A stretch of DNA of 64,000 nt from Octopus vulgaris (taxonomy: Eukaryota). Position 1 is the stretch's first letter. Each line of letters opens with the position of its first letter. The stretch lies in NCBI GenBank assembly GCA_951406725.2, contig OX597816.1, forward strand, positions 119,784,001 through 119,848,000, given 5' to 3'. Below the pieces are notes generated by a model. The model searched no databases. It saw only the letters and a list, made by a program, of their open reading frames with translations, and was not told the DNA's origin. This document shows, piece by piece, positions 26,601 to 40,000 of this stretch. The position numbers were made by a program, and so were the translations under genes.

Positions 26601-29600
26601 TATGCATATATTATACATACTTATAGAACATATATTTTCAGTTTTAACAATCGTAGAAACTTAACTCTGAAGTTGTAAACATGAAAACTAGTAAGTAATT
26701 AGTGTTTCATTTAAATCTAAAATTTTAGTTTATTACATTAAACTAGATACAAATAGATAATATTTTTATGTAAATCTTCAGTTTAATTTTATTTTAATTA
26801 TTATGTTTATATAAATTTACAAATTTCATATTTATATATACATATTACCTTTACTCTTTTACTTGTTTCAGTCATTTGACTGCGGCATGCTGGAGCACCA
26901 CCTTTTAGTACTTATTCTATCGGTCTCTTTTTGCCGAACCGCTAAGTGACGGGGACCTAAACACACCAGCATCGGTTGTCAAGCAATGCTAGGGGGACAA
27001 ACACAGACATACAAACACACGCATACATATATATATACATATATACGACAGGCTTCTTTCAGTTTCCGTCTACCAAATCCACTCACAAGGCATTGGTCGG
27101 CCCGGGGCTATAGCAGAAGACACTTGCCCAAGATGCCACGCAGTGGGACTGAACCCGCAACCCTGTGGTATATATCTTGCCCTATACTCTGATTTTTTCT
27201 CTTCATTGCCTTTTCATATAAATATCAAGCTAATTTGTTTCCCTTTATCTGAAACATTCATCTATCATTTTTGTTTACAGAGCTCTTTAAACGCAAGAGA
27301 TGTTCTTATCAATGACTTCAGGACAGTATTAGATGCACTGATCTATCTGACAAGTGGTTACGCTTTCTTAGTTAAACCAGGTAAGGAATGTATGCATGTG
27401 TGTGTGTTTATGTGTGTAATAAATGAAGATGAATGGCAAGTAGCAGTTCAATACATGCTATAAATGTTTCAATAGCATGGCAATGTATTTGCAATCAGTC
27501 TATTAAATTAACCAAAATTGCCATCCATTTCCCCAGGCATTTCAGAACCATCAGAAGAAAGAAATTGACGTGTGTGTGTGTACTGAGTGCTGTGAACCGA
27601 CTGTCGTCTAAATTATGCAAAAATGAAAATAACACTGGCATCTCATTTTAACAGATATATTCTCTAAAATAACATAAGAATATCTTGAAATGCTAAAGAG
27701 TAAATTTATTCAATTAAATCGCCATTGGCTTCAATCATGGCCTTCAAACGACTTTGGAATCTCCTGCAACTCTTCTGAATGGTCTCCTTATTTAAGTTGG
27801 TGAATGCTGCTATAATCCTTGCCTTCAGTTTATCTTTGGTGTTACAAGGAGTTTTGTTGGTCTCTCACTTGACTGCATCCCACACATAATAATCAAGCGA
27901 GTTGAAATCTGGGGAGTTAGGTGGCCAAATGTTAGGGGTGGTGTGGTCACAGAAATTGTCTGACAGCCATCACTGGGTTCTCCTACTTGTGTGACATGGT
28001 GCAGAGTCCTATTGCCAGATCTTGACCCAAAACAGTACTACCTCCTCCAGGTACTTGATGTAGGCCTCTGTGTTGAGTCTGAGGCAGTATGGGAAGATGA
28101 ATGGAGGCATAACGTTACCATAACTAGTAGTCACTCCAAACACCATGATGTTGACTGGATGTTTATTTTTTATCACTCTCAGTACATGCCCTCAGATTGA
28201 CACCCAAACACACTGAAATGTTTGTATTGGAGCTTCTGGTGTGAATGCTAAGTAGTACAGCAGGTCGTTTCCCAATTTCTGGCATAGTGAATTGTGTCAT
28301 GCTGTTTCTCTCACAGACGGTGCCCAACTGACCCTACTATACTTGTAGTTGAAAAAAATCAAAAACAAACAAGTGTGTTGCTCAAGGACACAACGCGTCG
28401 CCTGGAATCGAACTCACGACCTTACAATCATGAGCCGAATGTCTTAACCACTAAGCCACGTGAATGAAAGTGACGCTCAACCCATTTGGTGAGAGTCATA
28501 TATATTTTTAATTACACTTTGACTCAGCTTCATATGACTTAAAGTTTCATGGGTGCGTAGGACCCATGCAAGTTCTCTGACTAATGTAAGCATAGGAGTG
28601 TGGACCTTAAAATGATGATACACGCACTCTCACAATACACACTCACACACGTACATGTGCGTGTATTTAATCCGGTTTCAATTCATGCTTGAATACATTT
28701 CCACTTCATATACTTCACTAATCACACCGTGACTCACTATTTTATTCTTCCTAATGTTTTAAGCTACGAAGAGAAGACATCGAGAAACAACTCTAGTACA
28801 GCGCCATAGCGTTCTATATCCAGGGAGGGGCATGCTCATTTTTAAAATTTGCGTGTGTGTGTGTGTGTGTGTGTGGTTGATTGATTAGAATTATGGCTAT
28901 AAAATAAATTCTAATTTGGCTATGCCAATTTGTCCGTTCCTTTCCTATCCCGCACAAGCCCTCCCCACTCCCACTGCATGGCCTGTCGCTTCTTATGACA
29001 CACACTGCATCAGATAATGTAGTTCTCCATACTTCTGAAAAGATGGGATGATTACGGCTGGAGGACTTTTGATATCTGCTTGATCACGCCTAGAATTAAC
29101 AACCATCAACTAGCACAGTTGTCTCCCTTGCATTCGTTTTATTTATTCTTTTACTTGTTTCAGTCATTTGACTGCGGCCATGCTGGAGCATCGCCTTTAG
29201 TCCAACAAATCGACCCCAGGACTTATTCTTTGTAAGCCTAGTACTTATTCTATCGGACTCTTTTGCCGAACCGCTAAGTTACGGGAACGTAAACACACCA
29301 ACATCGGTTGTCAAGAGACAGTGGTGAAGAGACAAACACAAATGCATAAATATATATCATCATCATTTAACGTCCGATTTCCATGCTAGCATGGGTTGGA
29401 CGGTTCGACCTGGGTCTGGCAAGCTATGGAGGCTGCACAAGGCTCTAGTCTGATTTGGCAGTGTTTCTACAGCTGGATGCCCTTCCTAATGCCAACCACT
29501 CCATTATGTATATATATATAACGTAAAAAGCATTACTCACCTCGCCTGTGCTTGTGCCTTATAAAAAGCACTAAGTTCACACTGCTGAGTGGTTGGTGTT

Positions 29601-30732
29601 AGGAAGGGTATCCAGCTGTAAATATCCTGCCAAAACTGTCACAGAAGTCTGGTGCGGGCTTTGGTCTGGCCAGCATGGAACTAAATGATGATGATGATAT
29701 ATATATATATATATATATATATGTATACGATGGGCTGCTTTCAGTTTCTGCCTACCAAATTGACCCCAGTATTTATTTTAAAGCCTGGTACTCATTCCGC
29801 TGATCTCCTTTGCCAAACCACTAAGTTACGGTGACATAAACAAGCCATTACTGGTATTCAAACAGTAGTGGGAAGCAAAGACTCACACCACCGCTTGACA
29901 ACCAGTGATAGCGTGTTTATGTCCTGTAACTTGCCAGTTCAGCAAAAGAGGTAATAGAATAAGTAGCAGACTTTGAAAAATATAATTAGTACTGGAGTTG
30001 ATTCTACATGTTTTATATGTTCAAACTGGCCAGATCCAGCCTCTCACACCTACCCTACAATATCTTTCTAAAATACCAGTTCTCAAGCAGTGGTAGGGGA
30101 CAAACACAGACACAAAAACACACACATAGACATATATATATATATGTAAAAGATAAAATGAATGGTTTTTACCTGGTAGCTTACTGGTAAAGCATGATCA
30201 CTTTCACAGTGTTCATTAAGTATCTGGTTAATGAGAGATGGAAAATGCAAGAGTTTTTATTAATCATGACAATTGTTTCGATACATCTAGCATTGATCCC
30301 TCATTGGTGGGATACTTAACAACTGATTCAGGAGCATCCAACAGTGTAGATGTGTTTCCTCAGGTGATAAACAGATACAACTTGTTAAAATAACAGTTCC
30401 ACAATGTATGTTCTCAGTTCTTGTGAAGTAAAGCAGCAAATTAAAGGATATAACTTCATTTATATAGAAGATCAATTATAAAATAAGCTATTTCCTTTAA
30501 TTTGCTGCTTTTCTTCACAAGAACTGAGAACATACATTGCAGAACTTATTTTAATGTATTGTATTTGTTTATCCCCTGAAGAGACACATCAGCACTGTCA
30601 AATGCTCCTGAACTAGTAGTTAGGCATCCTACCTGTTAGGGATCGATGCTAGATGTGTCAAAACAGTTGTAGTGATTAATAAAAACTCTTGTATCTTCCA
30701 TCTCTCATTAACCATATATATATATATATGTA

Positions 30733-30772
<40 letters not shown>

Positions 30773-31017
30773 GTTGGCCAAAAGTCACCCAACAGTAAAT
30801 CAAAATTCCATAAATCATCATCCTGTAATTCTGTTCTGGCACAAATGGAAAAATGAGTTGCTCAAGAAGGACTTCAGTTTGAAGTATTTTCGTGATGTTT
30901 CATATTTAGATGCTTTTATTAAATTCATTCAGTTGTTAAACATAAATAAATCTTGGAATTAAATGGTTTTGATTTACTGTTGAGTGACTTTTGGCCAACT
31001 CTATATATGTATATATG

Positions 31018-31073
<56 letters not shown>

Positions 31074-34000
31074 GCTTCTTTCAGTTTCCATCTACCAAAT
31101 CCACTCACAAAGCTTTGGTCAGTTCAAGGCTATAGTAGAAGACACTTACCCAAGGTGCCATGCAGTGGGACTGAACCCAGAACCAAGTGGCTGGGAAGCA
31201 AGCTTCTTACCACACAGCCACACCTGATGATATCATATACAAACTCTTAATTACATTCCACAGAGTAACCTGCATATTAAAATGTTGAATATGACCTTAC
31301 TCAAAATATATTATATACAACTGCTTCATACAACTTTATTTACTTTATATTTCAGTTCTAACGGATGAAAATTTGCTGAAGCTGCTGATGACTGATGATG
31401 TTGTTATTGGAACAGAAATCATCAATTTAATTCGTACCATATTGCGCCTGAATTGGTATGGTTTATTCTTCGCTTTTATTCTTCATTCTCAACCTTCACT
31501 TCATATGTGTGACTTAAAAGCCACACATATGATGACTTGTTATATGGTACCATTTTGGTGCCATTTAGCAGGTCATCAAGGCCAGTGATGGCAAACCTAT
31601 GGCACATCTGTCAGCAGTGATATTGCAAGATTTTAGTTGACAACCATTGAGCTTTAAAAATGAAAAAAATCACTGTTATAAAAAGTTTACCAAAAACAAA
31701 AATACATAATATATACATATACAAAGACACAGACATAATATACACATATACACAGATATGATATACACATATACATAGACACAGACATGGTTGTGTGGTT
31801 AAGAAGTTGGCTTTGCAACCATGTGGTTTCAGGTTCAGTCCCACTGCACAGCATGTTACTCTTCTACTTTAGCCCTTGGTCCACCAACATTTTGTAAATG
31901 AATTTGGCAGATCAAAACTGAAAGCCCATCATTTATACATATACATGTGTGTGTGTGTGAATGTTTATATTCTATGATTGCACAAAAATTCTTGCACTAT
32001 AATCAAAGCTGCCTATTGGCATTTCCCTGTCCACAAATCACCTGGTAGCTTTGCACTTTCAAAGTTAGGTGGAATGAAGGCAGTGCCCCAGCTTGGCCTG
32101 TCCAAAGACTGAAACAAGTAGAAGATAAATATAAAAGAAGATATATATATATTTCTCTCCCAAACTTTCTTAATACACCTTGATCTTGTCATGGGATTAT
32201 TATCTTCCTTTAACATGTTATGTTTACTGCAAAAAATACCACAGAATTTCTAAACAATTTCACACCCACACTGAGTCAACTTCCAAAGAGCTTATATGTA
32301 AAATAACCAAACATTATTCACTGATTCTTCTTAGTTTTAATTTTTCCAACTGTACCATGCCATTCAATATAGATTTTATTTTCTTCATCAATTCTTGACA
32401 ATAAAAAAAATGTTTTTTATCTGTTTTATGTGTCTTTGTTTTACACTTCCCAGGCATGTACTCAAGCAATTGGATAGCAAAATTATCCATACTTTTCTTG
32501 ATGAAATCATATACAAACTGTCAGTTTACACAGAACCTAAAATTCAAATGTAAGTCAAGTTATCCTATTTGTCTTTTTGTCACTTTTTGTTCTTCTCATA
32601 ATACTAAATGGTATTTGATATGTTTTAAGCAAATGATGAAACTAAGGAAATGAAAACTTGATTACCTGAGTGATTTAGTGAGGGATTTTTCTTCCTTATG
32701 CATGGAAAATATCGTTAAGGCTACATATAGACAAGATGAGCATATTGCATTGTCAAGTTTGATTAGAATTTCACATCTCTGCAAACACCTTCCACTGTGA
32801 CCAACTTTTCAAACTAATGAGGAACCATTTTTATACCTTTTTCTTTGGAACTTTTTTCTCAAGAAGACAATCATGGTGGTGGCAGTGATGCTACCAATCT
32901 CCTGGAGGAAACTATATTTCGGTTCATTTTCGAAATTGTTAATACTGTCCGTCAGTTACAATTCCTGAAAGAAGCATCACCAATATTTCAGCAACAGGAG
33001 TGAGATTTGAACTCAGAATGCATATAGCCAGAACAGATACAACATGTTCCGTAATCCAATGCTCTAACAATTCCACCAATTCATATCACATTTGTCCAAC
33101 CCATACTAACATGGAACATGGACGTTGAATTATGATGATGATGATCTTCTTCTTCTTCTTTACAGAGCTTCCTGCAACTGTATTTTAGAATTCTGTGAAC
33201 ATTATCCTGCTCTTATAGATTTGTTGTGCACAAAATACAAGTAAGTCGCTTTTATAGACCTAACCTTAGTTAACAGCAAAGTTTGTGGGTAAATGGATGG
33301 TAGTGATGGCCTTACTAACTTACATTGTAATATTTTTTTTGGATAATGTAGGGCTACTAACCCTACACTTACCACCCTTCTCCTTCTTTTTGAACCAAGC
33401 TTGGGGCCAGCTATGGCAGAGTAAGAAACGAATGAAATATTGAGTAATGTGGTCATAGATCTATTGTGCTGAGCAAAAGATAGGATGGTCAGAGTTAGAG
33501 GAATTTTGATCGTAGAGCTACTCAATCACACTGATCTGGGGTTAAGTAACAGAAGAAGCATCTTTATTCAGCATGATAAATTAAATGGCAAATCTGCCTT
33601 ATGAAGCCTTTTCATTTCAGGGATACACATGGAGGCTCACTTTTTGATGCAAATAAAAGAGGGATTAATTCTTTTTTTCCAAGAACATTAGTAATACAAC
33701 ACAATTGAACCACTCTAATCAGAAATTAAAATTTTACAAATGCAAAACATATTTCCTTATATATTTTTACATGGTAATCCTTTGAGTATACCTATGAACA
33801 TGTGTATACCATGCAATTTCTTTATTTCCTTCTAGAGGTCTACGCATAATTCTCATGAAGCAGGCTGAAAAAATTCATTGCAGAGAACTGAAGCCTCTTC
33901 TGGTATTACTAAATGCTGGTTCTTCTGAACGAGTCCAAAAGCAGGTGAGAGCATGTTGAAAAATATAACATTTTTATTACTTACCTTTTTAAGTTTGTAT

Positions 34001-37000
34001 GGTATACAAAAGATAGCAAGCTGACAGGATTGTTAGCCCTCTGAACAAAATACTTAGTGGTATTTCATCTGCCTTTGCAGTTTGTGTTCAAATTCCATTG
34101 AGGTCAACTTTGCCTTTCATTCTTTGAGAGCCAATGAAATAAGTACCAGTTGAGCACTGGAGTTGATGTAATCAACTAGCCTACTCCTCCAAAATTTCAG
34201 ACCTTGTGCCTATCATAGAAAGGACTTAACAATATTAATTTTGTAGCATTTGTCATACTCATTTCCTCTAAAATAGACTGTGTAGAATAGCCTGCCTGTA
34301 TATCAGGGGTGGTTACAGGCACTTAAGTTAGAGCATGCAATTTAAAAACTCAGACTATTATACCAGAGACAGGATACATATAGCATGCATTTACCCTCTT
34401 GTCAGGTGTTTCTCATAAAAATGAAATATATCAAAATCACATTCATGTATTATGTCATCCCATAAATAATGAGGGTTTTTTTTATGCTTCTTTTATTTTT
34501 CAAAATTAAGATAAATTAAGTTCTTTTTTAATCTAAAATATACTCTCTTTCATTTTATACAATACCCTTCCATCTATTTGGTAGACTTGCAGAGCCCCTC
34601 TTCCAAAATACACTTGTCCATGATGAAAAATACTCCTCCAGTACTGTTCTGACCTTGTCTACAGAATTCCTATTTTTTTCCACTCAAATGATTTCGAAGA
34701 CTGCGAAACAAATGATAATCAGATGTAAACACCATTTGAGCATAGCCGTTGCCTGTACTACCTGACTGGCCCTCGTGCCGGTGGCACGTAAAAGCACCCA
34801 CTACACTCTCAGAGTGGTTGGCGTTAGGAAGAGCATCCAGCTGTAGAAACTCTACCAGATCAGATTGGAGCCTGGTGCAGCCGTCTGGTTCGCCAGCCCT
34901 CAGTTAAATTGTCCAACACATGCTAGCATGGCAAGCGGACGTTAAACGATGATGATGATAGCTCACCAGACTTCAATCAACTAGACTATTACATATGGGA
35001 CACAGTACCATATGAGATAGGTCAATCAACACCCCCATAACACCATACAATCTCTCCAGTCTGCTATAAGCAGCAATGCTTCCAACCCCATATTCTTTTC
35101 TACTCTAGGCACAAGGCCCAAAATTTTGTGGGGGGAGCCAGTCAATTAAATCGACTCCAATATGCAACTGGTACTTAATTTATTGACCCCCAAAAGCTTC
35201 CAACCCCATATTGAAGCAGCCATTGATGTTAAATGGTGGATTCATTGAATAGGGGTGATAAGAAGATTCTCAAGTTTGTTTGTAGCAAATTGTTTTCAAA
35301 TGCAACTTTTCTTTGATGAGCTATGTGTATTTAAAAAAAAAATCTGATGCACCCTACATGCATGTATGGATAGATGGATAGTTTGTTTGTTTGTTTCCTT
35401 TCTCAAGACAGTAGAGTATTCTTTAGGAAGATTTGCATGCCATTTCTAGCAGGTTCAGCAACCATACAGAGTGTCCCTGAATAGTTCATTCATGTGTTAT
35501 TGGTATTCATTGTATCTGATTCCTTTATATTCATATTTGAGACAAAGGTTAGTGGAAATAATCAAGCCATTTGAGCAACAAACTCATTAAAATTACACAC
35601 ACACACACACACACACGTTCCAGTTCAGCAGAAATTAATCTTACCTTTTATTCCACTAGAATCAATAAGAATAATACCAAATCAATTCAGAGTACAATCT
35701 ATACGAAATATAATTAGCTTTCTCTTTAGTCAAAATATTTGGGATGTATGGTCTGTTTTATTTTGTCTTTTATTTTTATCCTATCATAAACTCTCTTGAT
35801 CTGTGTTTTAGAAACATCATCAGGCAGTTGAAAAGATTCAGAGTGCTTGGAGAGGATATATAACCCGGAAAAAACTGAAGAAAGCAAATGAAGCAATAAG
35901 CAAGCTTCAAAAATGTTATTTGTAAGTGTTCTTTCCATTCTACTTCTTTGCTTATTTAACTATAGGTGTTGTTATTAGATGCGAGAAAAGACCAGATATT
36001 CTTGTTTACTGGTCAAAAATCTCACTGTAACAACTTCAGCACATCCATTGGCCTTGAAATGTCAAGTCGCATTACCCTCCTGGCAGAATCAGTCAATAAC
36101 TTCAGAAGTTGAGGCAGCTGGAAATAGATCTGTCTTGAACATATTCAAATTCAAGATTATGGATAAAGGATTATTAAGAGTTTGGCACTGAGCCTTGATG
36201 CAAACAGCTTAGTGTTAATCAAAGTGAATCTTCCACTGACATGGATCATGATGCAGTCCTGTGACACACCAGATCCTGTCAAACCATCCAACCCATGCCA
36301 CTATGGAAAGCAAACATTAAATGATCATGATGTTGTTGTTGTTGTTGTAGATGATGATGATTAATATTATTATTATTATTATTATTATTATTACAATAAC
36401 AACAACATAAGCCAAAATACCTTGTGTTGTTTATTCCAGCTCTCTGCTGAGTTCAAAACCAGCTATGGTCAACCTTGTCTTTCATCCTTTCAGGCTGATA
36501 AAACACAGAACCAGTCCAGAATTATGGATTGGCAGAATTGTTGAATCATTGAATAAGATGCCTTGTGGTATTTGTTTGCAATATATATCTCTTTTTACTC
36601 TTTTACTTGTTTCAGTCATTTGACTGTGGCCATGCTGAAGCACCGCCTTTAATCGAGCAACTCGACCCCGGGACTTATTCTTTTGTAAGCCCAGTACTTA
36701 TTCTATCGGTCTCTTTTGCCGAACTGCTAAGTGACGGGGACGTAAACACACCAGCATCGGTTGTCAAGCAATGATAGGGGGACAAACACAAACACACATA
36801 TATATATATACATATATACGACAGGCTTCTTTCAGTTTCCGTCTACCAAATCCACTCACAAGGCATTGGTCGGCCTGGGGCTATAGCAGAAGACACTTGC
36901 CCAAGATGCCACGCAGTGGGACTGAACCGGAACCATGTGGTTGGTAAGCAAGCTACTTACCAGACAGCCACTCCTGCGCCTATATATGTATGTATTATCA

Positions 37001-40000
37001 TCTTGACAATAAGACAAGTGGGGGAACATTTTTTTATAGGGAATCTTTGAATATGGGTATAAGAATCAAGTCCGTAATATAAAAGAGAAATATGTCTTGC
37101 GGAGCAACCTAGTGATATGAAAGCATCTGAGTTGAGTATCCAGTTCATTTCTTACATATTACTGGATCAGTATTTACTTTATTTTTAAGGCAGTAAAACC
37201 CATATTATATGCTATTCCATTGAAACTATAGGCACTTGGAAATTGTACTAAGGAAACATAGAAACTGTCTTACCTAAAAAGTACATACTATACTAAAAGT
37301 AAACCAAAAATTGTTTAGAGTACAGGAACTTCAGAAAATGATTTGCCATCTTCAATTCAATTTAACTGTGTTATTTTTTATTTTAGATCACGCAAAGAAA
37401 CCAGAGAGAAAGAACAAGAGAATTTACGAGAATTATCTCAGAAGAATGAACAAATGCAATCTTTCCAATTGCTCAAAATGCGTTCATTTCGAGAAAAGCA
37501 ATTGCAAAAGATGGAACTAACTCCAGCCTGTTAGTTTATTGGTATTTATATTACCATTTTCAAGTGTAATCATAGTGTGGGCATTAAAAATGTAGACAGC
37601 CAATTTGATAGAGCAATTTGTTTATAGCTAAGACATCTATGTCGACTGAGCAGAATTATCATCAAAATATTCCAATCAATCTTGTCTTTTTACTTCTTTT
37701 CTGAGACATATTTAGGAGTATAGTATCTTTTGTGTTTTTAAGACAGTAGGCTTTGATGTGAGGAAAATTCGAATGCTATTTCTTGTACTGGACAAGGATT
37801 ATGGATTATTTTTCCTATTTTTTTTACTTAATTTTTGAGAGCGGTCGGGTTCATTTTTAGTATTCTTGTTTGTGAGAGCATTCGAGTTTATTTCAGATAT
37901 TCTCATTTTAAAAATCATCTCTTGCTAAACCTTGAGAGGACATTGGTGTTGCCTTGGTGGAAGTTTGTGCTCTCTGAGTGCTCATGTTCACATTGTTTTG
38001 AATTTATCATGCATTATTTTGTAGCTTCAAGATTTTGAAGATGATGAGTTTGTTTTTAGAATTACATTGTATTGTAGGTGTGAAAGACTAGATCTAGCCA
38101 GTTTGAATGAAAAAATAGTTAAAGTATTTGAGCCAAAGATAGACGGTTTAGATGCTAATGGGTTAATCAAAATAATCTGCTAGGTTTTTCTTCCTTTTTT
38201 TTGTGAACAAGCATGTTTATAAAATGCCATTCAGTGAAAGATGGCGCTAAACTAACAGAAGTGTAAGAAGTACTAATATAGAATTTCCCCTAATTGTTAG
38301 AATGTTGCCTAGGACAGCACATCTTTTAGCAACAACTAAGACACTTAATTCCTCAAAGCAGCAACTAACCACTACAGAAGCAGTTACAGTGCTTTAATCA
38401 GAAAAGAAGTTGAATGATCACACTGGTCTCATCTAAACATCATTAGTAAATACACTGCATTAATCATTCCTGTAGTTATTAACTCAAATATTTAACCTAA
38501 GACAGATTAACTAAAGAGGCTGTGGGACTAACCTTCTTGTCTCTCTTTCTTTTTTCTTGTTCCATGCGCGTTCCAAAACATAAGGGACAGTACTTATGTC
38601 TAGCTTTCTAAATATTAAACTGACAAAAGAGTTATCTCCCTTAAACACTAACTTTCGTTAAAACGACATCGATTACTAGTGTCGAATTCACGAGATAATG
38701 GTGTCGATATTTTTACATTTTATTTCATTTACTTATTTTCGTTTGAATTAAAATGAATCTATATACATATATATATGTATGTATAATTTATGATTTTAAT
38801 TTAATACAGATCAAATCCTTAAATATCAAGCTGAAGAAATGGAGAATGCAGCTATTTGTATACAGAAGAATTGGAGAGGATATCGAATTAGATGTCAGCA
38901 GAGTAAATTTCATACTGAATATAAACAGCGTAGAGCAGCTATTATAATCCAGAGAGCAGTGAGTCAAAAATTATTCAATTTTTGTGGTAGAATGTATAGA
39001 CAAATTTTGAAACTTCTTTTTAATAAAATCAATTTTAAAAAAACCAAATGATCAAAATCATTTTCTCGTATCACATCCCATACACACACATCACTAGAAT
39101 CGATATTTACAAAAAACATTCTCAAGTGGTTAGGAAAATCATAAACACCTAACTGAATATCCGAAAAAAATATGTTTTGCCAGATTCCTAATGTGAAATC
39201 CTGTGTTGAAGCGGATATTGTTATATTTCAGGATGGTCATTTTCATTTTTCTTGTCAAATAAACACACACACTATATATTCATTCTTCACTTGTTTATTA
39301 TTCTTATTTTATGGCCATTGTCTGGAAATTTTTCATCACACATCCTGTGACAAAAGATTTCCAGACAATGGACATAAAATAAGAGCAATAATAAACAAGA
39401 ACGAATATATAGTGTGTGTGTTTATTTGGCGAGAAAAAAGAAAATGACCATCCCAAGATATAACAATAAAGAAGAAATACTTCTAGTTTATATCTATCTT
39501 AAGATGAATGTCTGGTTAGGGTGCCAAATATTGTGGTATTAGCCTTGAGAGGTTTTCTCATATAGACCTATGATGCATAAAAGCACAGACATGTATTGTA
39601 GCAAATGAGAATTGTCTGCTATGGGTGTCAGAACTGCCTGATCTTGTGATCTCTGCCTACTGGACTTCCTCAGTAAAAGGAGTCCAGTGACTGCATACCA
39701 GCCAAATATTACAACCATGATATATAGAATTTTCGTGTCTTTTTAGTAACTGGTGTCACAAATAGCCAGTAGGCTTATTTTTAAATAACTGTTAGCAACA
39801 GAAGCAGTATTAATACCAAAAGAGTAATCTTTATATCCAACTTAAGTGGAAGTTGTATTAGAACTGAATATTGCATTATTAGCTATAATTGTCTGTGATG
39901 GGCACCTGCACCTATATGAGAAGATCTCTCAAGGCTAACACTGCAATATGCAGCATTCTTACAAGACATACGCATTAAGTTGGATATTAAGATTGCCGTT

